Assembly (NCBI GenBank): GCA_963968875.1
Contig: CAXAHZ010000001.1
Coordinates: forward strand, 1 to 34,001
DNA: 34,001 bases
Source: an uncultured euryarchaeote
GTDB taxonomy: Archaea; Thermoplasmatota; Poseidoniia; Poseidoniales; Poseidoniaceae
Direction: 5' to 3'
Below the pieces are notes generated by a model, which made no database searches, was not told the DNA's origin, and saw only the letters and a program-made list of their open reading frames with translations. Below, one piece after another: positions 8,057-16,456 of the stretch (within the stretch, counting starts at the first letter, position 1; every line of letters starts with the position of its first letter). Made by a program: the position numbers and the translations under genes.

Positions 8057-9216
8057 GTTAGGCACTCCTGTCCGCAACAGGAAAGGTCGTCCAAGTACAT
8101 GCCCCACCCCTTGTACGCCTCGATAAATTCTTCAGTTGGCATCTCAAGAGATGAAGCGATGGCTTCTGCAACGATTCCAAAACGTTGGCGGTACTTGAAG
8201 ATGAAACAGAAAATATGTCCGTCATGACGTACTGAGGGTCCGGAAAGGAACATTCCAGGTAGGATTGTTGACTCATCGCGTTCGGTCAAGGAAGGGAATC
8301 CGTCTTCTCTTTGTTCAAATAGATGAGATACGAATTTATGACTTCCATCAAAGCCACTCGCCAGGAGAGGTTGTACCTCTGATTGGAACACCTGTCCGTC
8401 TTCCGTTGTTATCTCATAGATGCCCCCCTCAAACGAAACAGACTTAATGGGTGTTTCAGCAAACAACTCAACATTTTCTCCAAAACTTTCATGCTCCATG
8501 CGCTCAAAGGAGAAGGTTGACAAGGCAATACTTGGATCAGAACTTGCTTCTTTCCACGGCCCGTTAATATCGAAAACTCGTACTTTCTTCCCACATTTTG
8601 CAAGGTGGTATGCAGCGTCAATCCCGCTTTCATAGCCACCTATAATGAGAAAATCATCCCCTTCCAAATCACCGTATTTTGCAACAGTGGAAGTGTGTCT
8701 GCAGTGCTCACTGCCCTCAAACAGATCCAGAGACGGATATTGATATTCTCCAGCGGCCCAAATAACATTCTTGGCTAACAAAGTAACGGTTTTTGTTTCC
8801 AAATGAAACAAGTCACCCTTCTTTTCTATGCTAGTGATTTCGGTATTCTCCCGAACTGGGAGCTCCATAAACTCAGCAAGGCTTTGGAGATGGGCAGCGT
8901 ATTCCTGTCCTGTAGGATGCTCAACACGCATGCTGAATGCAGGAGAAACGCCAATGGCAATTGAATTCAAGTCGAGCATTCCGACCGAGTTGCTTGGGAA
9001 TGAGGGTGTGATGAATCGCGTTTCCTCTGGCCATGAGGCGAACGATGATCCAACGCTGTCGCGGTCGACCAAGAGGTAATTTTCAATACCGGTATGCTGA
9101 ACTGCAATTGCCACTCCTACGCCAGCTGCACCAGCGCCAACGATGACAACGTCGTATGTCTCTGCATCTTTCTCTAAATTCAAATCTTCGGGAGTGGACT
9201 CCGTGGGGTTGGCCAT
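8050..9216 (-). CDS. FAD/NAD(P)-binding oxidoreductase (pyridine-nucleotide-disulfide/flavin monooxygenase-like fold) with a C-terminal CCGxxCxxC tail
   Basis: ATG at 9216. Dinucleotide-binding motif DVVIVGAGAAGVGVA. Second Rossmann-like motif FLIIGGYESGIDAAYHL. The protein ends LDDLSCCGQECLTC. Confidence 0.8.
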   Translation of the reverse strand: MANPTESTPEDLNLEKDAETYDVVIVGAGAAGVGVAIAVQHTGIENYLLVDRDSVGSSFASWPEETRFITPSFPSNSVGMLDLNSIAIGVSPAFSMRVEHPTGQEYAAHLQSLAEFMELPVRENTEITSIEKKGDLFHLETKTVTLLAKNVIWAAGEYQYPSLDLFEGSEHCRHTSTVAKYGDLEGDDFLIIGGYESGIDAAYHLAKCGKKVRVFDINGPWKEASSDPSIALSTFSFERMEHESFGENVELFAETPIKSVSFEGGIYEITTEDGQVFQSEVQPLLASGFDGSHKFVSHLFEQREDGFPSLTERDESTILPGMFLSGPSVRHDGHIFCFIFKYRQRFGIVAEAIASSLEMPTEEFIEAYKGWGMYLDDLSCCGQECLTC

Positions 9217-9226
9217 GATTCGCCGC

Positions 9227-9260
9227 CAATTAATAGCGATTTAAAGAATGCTATTAATTG
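9227..9260. promoter_or_regulatory. Perfect 11-bp inverted repeat (CAATTAATAGC-12 nt-GCTATTAATTG) bracketing a TATA-like TTTAAAT box upstream of the flavoprotein gene; candidate operator plus promoter
   Basis: Arms at 9227-9237 and 9250-9260 are exact reverse complements. The spacer on the minus strand reads attcTTTAAATc, 24-30 nt upstream of the ATG at 9216, which fits a leaderless or short-leader transcript. A third ATTAAT copy lies at 9272-9277. Confidence 0.5.
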
Positions 9261-9373
9261 CCAAATCCATAATTAATATATTTGCCAAGACCTAGGTGAA
9301 GTATAATGGCAAAACCCGAACGACTCAATTGTTCGTAAGAGAGTTCAGCGGCCACATAAATCGCTACTGTTGA

Positions 9374-9769
9374 TCACGCTTCAGCGGCTTCTCTTGCTTT
9401 CCGTGCAAAGGTGAATGAGCGCATACAAGCAAAGGTGTAGACGCCGCCCATGACCAACATCATCAACTGGGCCAGTGTTGAAGCACTCAGGTCGCCATCG
9501 ATGAGTCCTTTGATGCCCATGCCACCTCCGAGGAAGGTCAACAGTCCAAAGACAACTGCGATGTGCATCCAATGGTGTGAACGTTCAGGTTGACGGGTTG
9601 CCATGATGCTCATGGCAATAAGCGGAATTCCGAAAAAGGCAGGGATAAGTGAAGTCATGCTCGTCATTCCGGTTCCAAGGTAAAATCCAATGCCCTCAAT
9701 CACCAGTGCACTGCCGACGAGAAGCGTTAAACGAGGGATGGTTTGGCCAAGAAACATAAATTGAGACAT
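9374..9769 (-). CDS. Hypothetical 4-TM membrane protein (131 aa)
   Basis: ATG at 9769. Four hydrophobic segments. Positively charged C-terminus ARKAREAAEA. No recognisable family. Confidence 0.65.
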   Translation of the reverse strand: MSQFMFLGQTIPRLTLLVGSALVIEGIGFYLGTGMTSMTSLIPAFFGIPLIAMSIMATRQPERSHHWMHIAVVFGLLTFLGGGMGIKGLIDGDLSASTLAQLMMLVMGGVYTFACMRSFTFARKAREAAEA

Positions 9770-10048
9770 GTGTTAACTCAAGGGCGATTGTCTCTTGAGT
9801 GTATCGCCAAAATCGTCATCTAAGGAGCGTTTGGTCGGAAAAATTGTTTGCTTGGAGGTTGCTCTTGGTGAATGGAACGGTGGGGATATGGCGTAGGTTT
9901 CCCCGATGTTAACATCAAACTTGAAGTTCTGTAATCATAAATCCCAATTCAAAACAAGAACCACGATGAAGCAATCCAAATTGATTTAGTGGTTGTTGGC
10001 TCCAATGCGAACGCTGAAAATTAACCTGATTGCGGGCGCCCTTGTGGC

Positions 10049-10777
10049 TCAACCAATCATTTCAACAGTTGCCGTGAATGTTTCAACATTTACGACAACG
10101 GTAATCTCTTCATCTTGATCCTGAGAAACAGGACCGAGTTGGTCTACGGAGTTAACATCCAATTCAACTTTAATTGCAAGAGTGCCATCCCCCCACCCTG
10201 CAAGTGTCCACGGCATGAGTGCTTGATATTCATTTGGTGCATCAGAGGTTTGCTCGCCTCCGGAATAGCCAGGATAGACCTGGAGGTACATCTCTATTGT
10301 TTCACAACTGCTGTCTTGCCCGGAAAGATTGTTTGCATCGTGATCCCATTGCGCTGTAAAATCGTTCTTCTCAATATCTGAAGAAATAGCATCGCATTGT
10401 ACCAGTGGGTCAACTGCTGAGGCATCAGAATCTTTAGGGGTGATGCTAACATATATCGCACCCACATAATCTCCTTCTGGGATTCCAAAGTCATTCATAT
10501 CGAACTCAATTATTTTTGTTTCTTCATCCTGCCAAACCTCAGTTTGCTCTTGAGAGGACGTGGTTATATCAAACATGACTCGCCAATCATCAGCAGTTTT
10601 AGCGTCAACAGCTTGTTGGTAATAGTTCTCTTTCCAATCAAGAGATTGTAAGGCTCCAAATAACAAAACTAAAGTTACAAATACGGCGAAAGCGATATTG
10701 GATTCTTTATGGGAATACAGGCTAAAGAGCGCGTTCTTTAGGTCGCCATCAGCATTGTTTTCGTTTTCATTACTCAT
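10049..10777 (-). CDS. Hypothetical N-terminally anchored, strongly acidic exported protein (242 aa)
   Basis: ATG at 10777 preceded by AGGTGGT, which overlaps the upstream TAG stop at 10786-10788. One TM helix IAFAVFVTLVLLFGAL, then a D/E-rich probable beta-rich ectodomain with two Cys. Confidence 0.7.
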   Translation of the reverse strand: MSNENENNADGDLKNALFSLYSHKESNIAFAVFVTLVLLFGALQSLDWKENYYQQAVDAKTADDWRVMFDITTSSQEQTEVWQDEETKIIEFDMNDFGIPEGDYVGAIYVSITPKDSDASAVDPLVQCDAISSDIEKNDFTAQWDHDANNLSGQDSSCETIEMYLQVYPGYSGGEQTSDAPNEYQALMPWTLAGWGDGTLAIKVELDVNSVDQLGPVSQDQDEEITVVVNVETFTATVEMIG

Positions 10778-10785
10778 TTTACCAC

Positions 10786-12153
10786 CTACCTATGAAGCCC
10801 CATTGAATCAAATAATACCGATAAAAGAAGGCCGTAAATCACCAAACTAAAAACCACTATTGAAAATGTACGGTAATCCTTTTCATCAATCAAGGGCCTG
10901 TTTAATGGGATTATCGAATGGATTGCATCAACGGCATTGGATTTATGCTTCATCATTTTGTCCATGATCTTTTCTTCCCATCCGATAAACAAAACAACTC
11001 CAGCGGCGAAGATTGCCGATGTGATCATCTCTGGTATCGGCAGTACAATTTGAATCATTTCAATAAGGCTTGAAGTTGCCACAAGCAAGAGAAGCAGGAC
11101 CATTATTCTGGTAATCGTTTTACTTTCTGCACTTTCTGTATCAACGATATTATAATTCAATATGATATACATGAATATGAGAGGTACGAGAAGATAAATC
11201 GCAACTTGGTACGTAAAAGCATACCAATCAATGAATGATTTGGGAAACGGTTGGCACACAGTATCAATGCATGAATTGGCGGTGTCCCTTACTACAAGTG
11301 TCAGCAAGAACCAAATAATTCCAACAACAAATATCGTCCCTGTAACAACCGTCAGTCCACTGACACCTTTTTTGTAAGCTCGCCATAACTCTCCGAACAA
11401 CAAAAACACAAGTGTAAGTCCAGAGAGAGTCATGCCGAGTGGTAAGAATATTCCAGTGCTTATCTCAGACTGTGAAACCCCTCCGATTAATTCGTCTTCA
11501 ACAATCCACCTTGCTTGATAAATTTTTGATTCGCCGGTCAAGTTCATCAACCAGAAAATCATAAATTGAATTTTCACTCCCAGGAGTAAAAGCAGAGAGA
11601 CTGCAGAAACTTCTCTCGCTTTTTCTTCTCCATGCAATAGTTCTCCGAAAATGAACCTCATGTACACTGAAATCCAGATGAAGTAACAAATCCAAGTCAC
11701 TGAGAACTTGATGTCACGGTGTGAGTATTGCGTAAAGATGTCAATTGGAATCATGACAAGCCCAAGAAGTAAAACAATGGCAGCCGAAACTTTGATTGCA
11801 TTGTCTCTTTGAAGCAGCGGGTATGGGTAAATCAGCGGCAGGATACAGACGAGACTTATGAATGCGGAAGCCATAGCCTTCTCACCAAATTTGTAAACAG
11901 AAAACCACAGTGCCGTGAATTCTCCATTGGCGAAATCTTGAGAGGTAAATTGGTCAATTTTGAAATCAATGATGGTTTCAAACGTGTACTCTAGGCCAAG
12001 AATAATCATCATCCAGGCTATGATATAACCTGCGAATTTTTCATTCCACTTTCTGTCTGTCGTTTGTCGAACAAGAAGAAGCGTCATAATTCCAAGGGCG
12101 ATGTGCACTACCGCTGCAACTGGCAAGAGCGCATTAATTGCATCATCTGCCAT
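10786..12153 (-). CDS. Hypothetical polytopic membrane protein (455 aa, about 12 or more TM segments), markedly AT-rich gene
   Basis: ATG at 12153. A long run of hydrophobic segments. No catalytic motif recognised. Confidence 0.75.
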   Translation of the reverse strand: MADDAINALLPVAAVVHIALGIMTLLLVRQTTDRKWNEKFAGYIIAWMMIILGLEYTFETIIDFKIDQFTSQDFANGEFTALWFSVYKFGEKAMASAFISLVCILPLIYPYPLLQRDNAIKVSAAIVLLLGLVMIPIDIFTQYSHRDIKFSVTWICYFIWISVYMRFIFGELLHGEEKAREVSAVSLLLLLGVKIQFMIFWLMNLTGESKIYQARWIVEDELIGGVSQSEISTGIFLPLGMTLSGLTLVFLLFGELWRAYKKGVSGLTVVTGTIFVVGIIWFLLTLVVRDTANSCIDTVCQPFPKSFIDWYAFTYQVAIYLLVPLIFMYIILNYNIVDTESAESKTITRIMVLLLLLVATSSLIEMIQIVLPIPEMITSAIFAAGVVLFIGWEEKIMDKMMKHKSNAVDAIHSIIPLNRPLIDEKDYRTFSIVVFSLVIYGLLLSVLFDSMGLHR

Positions 12154-12222
12154 GCAGTATCGCTGGCAACATACATGATAATCTTTAGCATAAATTCCTT
12201 ACAATGTTTTTTGATTTCAGCA

Positions 12223-13323
12223 TTATGATCCTGACGTTTGTTCCAACCGGTCAATCGGTTCGTCAAGCATCGGAGCGTCTTTGAGTTCAACTTCTTCAAG
12301 AGCCTTACCAACCTTTGTGGCATTTACCTTGAGTTCCTCAAACCGTTTTTCGCCGTCCCTGTATGCAGCAGCGGCCTTTTCCAGCGCGTCTCCTATGTCT
12401 CCATAGGAGGTGGTGAACGTTCCTAATTTTTGTTCAAACAGATCCAGACGCTTCTGCAAGGATTCAAGATTTTCCACGACTTGCATGTTTTTAATTCCCA
12501 CCAAAATGATACTGATAAACGGATAAAATACCGAGGGGGATACAGGAATGACATTTTCCGCTATCATCGCATCAAGAAGTTGCTGCGTCTCGCCTTTTCG
12601 AGTGACAAGGTTCTCTTCATTCAACCCGTTTTTGGATGAGATTACAGAATAATACATGGCTTCGGTTGGAATAAACATGAGTGCAAAATCGGTCGTTCCA
12701 CTTGTGGGGTTGATGTGCTTTTGTATTTCATCAACTTTTGTCAACACAGATTTCTGAAAACTTGCAAATTCGGTTTTGATTTTGTTCCGATGGTTTTTTT
12801 GCTCGCTTTCATCCATCCCGTTCAACGATTCTTCCATGAGGTTCACATAGCGTTTCCACGCCTCTCTCGGGAATTTAGAATCAACCGGAACGTTGAGTTG
12901 CCCCGTCTTAATGAGTACATCAACTCCACCTTGTTGACTGCTTGATTCTTCATCGGTTACCTTCTGACGCTCCCACTTTGAGTCTGGAAGGAAGTCATTG
13001 CACATCTCTTCAAGCAATTTCTCCCCAGCGTCACCTCTAATATTTGGTTTAATCAACACATCACGAAGGTCTTTGCTGAATTGAACAACTTCTTTTCTCC
13101 CTTGCTGTGATTCTTGAATTTCAAGCCGTACGTCAGCAAGAGTATCCTTCATTTGTTTGTATTCGTCTTGCATGACGGTGTAGGTTTCACTGATTTGCTG
13201 CTGGGATGCAAGCATTGGAGCGATGTGTTCAGTCACTGATTCTTTTTTACCCAACGAACGGAGGATGAGAATCGTTGCGAGAACAAGAACTGCTATTGTT
13301 GCGACCTGTAGAGTCTCTGCCAT
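12223..13323 (-). CDS. rmuC: RmuC-family DNA recombination protein homologue (N-terminal TM anchor, coiled coil, RmuC nuclease-like domain)
   Basis: ATG at 13323. TM helix VATIAVLVLATILIL. A long charged heptad-like region. DFALMFIPTEAMYY matches the conserved RmuC (D)F-x-(L/V)MFIP-x-E core, recalled from memory. Confidence 0.7.
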   Translation of the reverse strand: MAETLQVATIAVLVLATILILRSLGKKESVTEHIAPMLASQQQISETYTVMQDEYKQMKDTLADVRLEIQESQQGRKEVVQFSKDLRDVLIKPNIRGDAGEKLLEEMCNDFLPDSKWERQKVTDEESSSQQGGVDVLIKTGQLNVPVDSKFPREAWKRYVNLMEESLNGMDESEQKNHRNKIKTEFASFQKSVLTKVDEIQKHINPTSGTTDFALMFIPTEAMYYSVISSKNGLNEENLVTRKGETQQLLDAMIAENVIPVSPSVFYPFISIILVGIKNMQVVENLESLQKRLDLFEQKLGTFTTSYGDIGDALEKAAAAYRDGEKRFEELKVNATKVGKALEEVELKDAPMLDEPIDRLEQTSGS

Positions 13324-13429
13324 GTTAGCCCTATCTTATGCTTAGGGATGAATGTAACGGGTTTGATTTCGCACATCCAAATCCTCAAGAAGGGTGGGCA
13401 TTGGCAGTCTCAATAAGGGTGGGGAGAGT

Positions 13430-16400
13430 ATGTCTGTTGTATTTTCCAATCTTCACCCTTCTCTCTCCGCCGCACTTGAAGAAAAAGGTTGGGAACCGAC
13501 GCCAATTCAGGATCTAGTGCTGCCTGAATTGGTCAAGGGCGAAGACAGAATTATCATCGCACCAACCGGTTCTGGAAAAACAATGGCTGGTATTTTGCCG
13601 TTGTTTGACCGATGCCTACGAGAAAATTGGGAGCCACTTTCAATTCTTTACATCACGCCCCTCAGGGCTCTTAACCGAGATATTGACCGTCGCTTGAGAG
13701 AGCTTGCCGAGGCTGTGGGGTTGAAGGTTGACGTTCGTCACGGCGACACCCCCCAATCGCAACGAACAAAACAGACTCGTCGTCCACCTCATCTTCTTGT
13801 AACGACTCCCGAAACCTTCCAATTAATGTTCAGTGGAAAAAATCTGAGAGCGATGCTCAAAACCGTAAAAGCAGTTGTTATCGACGAGGTTCACGATTTA
13901 GCATCCTCCGAACGAGGATGGCAATTAAGCGTTGGACTGGCTCGTCTTGAGGCTCTCACCGGCCATTCAGTTCAACGTCTTGGGCTTTCTGCAACCGTCG
14001 GCAATCCAGATGAAGTTGCCCAGTGGCTTTCTCCGAAGCATGGGAAAGCCATCATCGCAATGGGTCACCGAGATACCAAACTGACTGTAGAATCCACGAT
14101 GCCATTACCGGAAGATGAGATTGGCAGCATTGACTTGACGCTAAGTCCACGACAGCACGCATGTTACCGGCAGTTGTGCACCATCCTAAGAACCCAAGCC
14201 CCGTGCTTGGTTTTCGTCAACAGCCGTAGCGAGGCAGAGACCTTGTCAACGCGGCTCCAAGCCATGGCTCCTGATTTGAACATAGGCGTTCACCATGGAT
14301 CCCTCGCAGCGGAAACACGGCAACAGATGGAAGACGAATTACGAGACGGCACCTTGTCTGGATTGGTATGTACGTCAAGTCTTGAGCTTGGAATCGATGT
14401 TGGGAGTGTACGGAGAATCGTTCAATTGCATTCGCCAAAATCGGTTGATAGGATGCTGCAAAGGGTGGGTCGTGCTGACCACCGACTTGGAGGATTGGGG
14501 CGCGGGCACCTTCTCTCGTGGGATACCGACCATCTCAGCGAATCTACGGTGATCGCACGACGAGCAATGCTTGGAGAAATAGAACCCGTAGAATGGCGAC
14601 AACGACCGCGCAGTATTGCAGCAAACCAGTTGGTTCTCATGGCTCATTGTTTCAAGGCTGTGCCCATCGATGAAGCCACAGAGATGATAGCGAATGCCTC
14701 ACAATTTGAGGGTTGGAGCCGGGCAGACAGTGAAGCTATCCTTCAGGTACTCGCTGAGCGATGGATTCTCCGATTTATTCCGGACCCTTCTCAATTGCCA
14801 TGGTTCCGTTGGCCAAAGGCAATCTACGAAGTAGCCAAGGCTGCTGCTGCGAAGACAGACAACCCATTGCCTGAAGAATTACCTCTGTATTCAATTCCTG
14901 ATGAAGAGATACCCAGAAATTATACCGAGCGAACGGTGGATGTTCCGAAACGTTTTGCGAACGGTTGGTTTTCATCTGCAGGTCGGACACGTGAATGGGT
15001 TTCTCACCATCTTTCCATGATTCCTGACAAGCGTTCATACCGAGTTCGTGACGCAGTAACCCGTCGGAGTTTAGGGAATGTGGATGAAGCCTTTGTTCTG
15101 ACGTTGAACGACTCGGGGGAAGAGGAAGATGGAGTCCCAAGACGCTTTGTCATCGCTGGCCGTACGTGGATGATCGTTGATGCTGACCCCGAGCAAGCAG
15201 AACTGTTGGTTGCCCCTGTCAACGACCATGCAAAAGCCCCGCAATGGTTGGGTGAGTTGCCCCCTGTTCCGGCAGGAGTCGCTCGAGATGTTGGATATTT
15301 GCGGCAATTAATTGCGAGTGACCTCGGTCTTGTTCCGACGCCTTCACCTCCCGATTACGATCCGCTTTCACTCGTTTCTCCACAGCAGGGTACCCTTGCC
15401 GACTATCCATTGGATTCCGAGGGTATGAGCCTGCTTGCCGAAGTCATTTCATCCCACGTTGAATCGACCGGAAAACTTCCAACAGACCGTGTGCTTACGA
15501 TTGAGGAGCGGGAAGACGCTTTGGTCATTAACATCTGTCAGGGGTCAAAAATCAATGAAGCACTGGGCCATTTCCTCCTTGCTATGGCTTCAACCAAGTC
15601 GGGTCATTGGGGCAGGCTCATCGTAGAATCAACTCGAATTGCTATACAAACCAGCGGAGTTCGGCCAGAGGACATAGTTTCTTGGCTTACAGAAACCCCA
15701 CCGGACGCCATCGAACAATTGCTTAGCATCACTGTACCCAACTCCCGCCAAGTCCGCTGGAGATTTGCCCAGGTCGCTAAGACCTTTGGGATTCTTAGGC
15801 ACGGCGTTGACCCCCGCCGAATTAACCTTCCAGCCTTGCTGAGGAAATATCGCGGAACGGTCGTGATGGAGGAAGTGCTCTCAAAATTATTCCATGAACG
15901 CATGGATGTTCATGGGGCAAGCGACGTCATGAGGGGCATTCAATCCGGATTACTTGAATTGCACATCACATCCTCAGGGCCTCTTGGATTGTCAAACCGT
16001 ACTCAAGACGACATGCTTTTGCCAAATTGGGACAATGCAGCATTACGTGAACGATTGAAACTGCGCCTAACAAATGAACGTGCGGTTTTATGTTGCTTGA
16101 AATGCCATGCAGTGCGCCGGTTCCGAATTGCTCGTTATGCCAGTATGGACAAACCCGGCCGTTGTTTAAAATGCAATGGACAGATGCTGGCATGTGCCCG
16201 TGAAGGTTTGCAATCCATGCTTGAGCAGTGGGTTGCTTCTGACGACCAAAAAGACCAGGACCGGATGATGAAAAATGCGAGCATCGTAGCAAACCGCGGC
16301 ATTGAAGCGATTCTGTGCTTAATGGGGAGAGGTATTGGTGAGGCCACCGCAATTCGTTTGTTGTTGAAGGTCCCTCAAGGCAACGAAGAAGACTTGCTCG

Positions 16401-16456
16401 AAGCCATTCATCGGGCTGAAGTTGAATACGCTAGAACCCGTCGCTTTTGGGGCTAA
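13430..16456 (+). CDS. lhr: Lhr-type superfamily-2 DEAD/DEAH-box helicase with C-terminal Cys4 zinc ribbon
   Basis: Motif I APTGSGKT, II DEVH, III SAT(VGN), VI QRVGRADH. Large Lhr-like C-terminal extension. CLKCH..(18)..CLKCNG at about 16091-16176. ATG at 13430 is preceded by GGTGGGGAG and is preferred over the GTG track start at 13394. Confidence 0.85.
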   Translation: MSVVFSNLHPSLSAALEEKGWEPTPIQDLVLPELVKGEDRIIIAPTGSGKTMAGILPLFDRCLRENWEPLSILYITPLRALNRDIDRRLRELAEAVGLKVDVRHGDTPQSQRTKQTRRPPHLLVTTPETFQLMFSGKNLRAMLKTVKAVVIDEVHDLASSERGWQLSVGLARLEALTGHSVQRLGLSATVGNPDEVAQWLSPKHGKAIIAMGHRDTKLTVESTMPLPEDEIGSIDLTLSPRQHACYRQLCTILRTQAPCLVFVNSRSEAETLSTRLQAMAPDLNIGVHHGSLAAETRQQMEDELRDGTLSGLVCTSSLELGIDVGSVRRIVQLHSPKSVDRMLQRVGRADHRLGGLGRGHLLSWDTDHLSESTVIARRAMLGEIEPVEWRQRPRSIAANQLVLMAHCFKAVPIDEATEMIANASQFEGWSRADSEAILQVLAERWILRFIPDPSQLPWFRWPKAIYEVAKAAAAKTDNPLPEELPLYSIPDEEIPRNYTERTVDVPKRFANGWFSSAGRTREWVSHHLSMIPDKRSYRVRDAVTRRSLGNVDEAFVLTLNDSGEEEDGVPRRFVIAGRTWMIVDADPEQAELLVAPVNDHAKAPQWLGELPPVPAGVARDVGYLRQLIASDLGLVPTPSPPDYDPLSLVSPQQGTLADYPLDSEGMSLLAEVISSHVESTGKLPTDRVLTIEEREDALVINICQGSKINEALGHFLLAMASTKSGHWGRLIVESTRIAIQTSGVRPEDIVSWLTETPPDAIEQLLSITVPNSRQVRWRFAQVAKTFGILRHGVDPRRINLPALLRKYRGTVVMEEVLSKLFHERMDVHGASDVMRGIQSGLLELHITSSGPLGLSNRTQDDMLLPNWDNAALRERLKLRLTNERAVLCCLKCHAVRRFRIARYASMDKPGRCLKCNGQMLACAREGLQSMLEQWVASDDQKDQDRMMKNASIVANRGIEAILCLMGRGIGEATAIRLLLKVPQGNEEDLLEAIHRAEVEYARTRRFWG

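Noticed and set aside
13394-13429. GTG start extending Lhr by 12 aa, and the analogous TTG start extending rimK (18515-18544)
   Set aside because: Downstream ATGs with Shine-Dalgarno-like context give N-termini that match the family norm. The extensions add non-conserved residues. This remains uncertain.
12223-16456. Reading RmuC + Lhr helicase (+ adjacent membrane proteins) as an anti-phage defence island
   Set aside because: There is no methyltransferase, ATPase/toxin partner, integrase or flanking repeat. The surrounding genes are housekeeping, and both families have ordinary repair roles. It is kept only as a low-interest co-regulation note.
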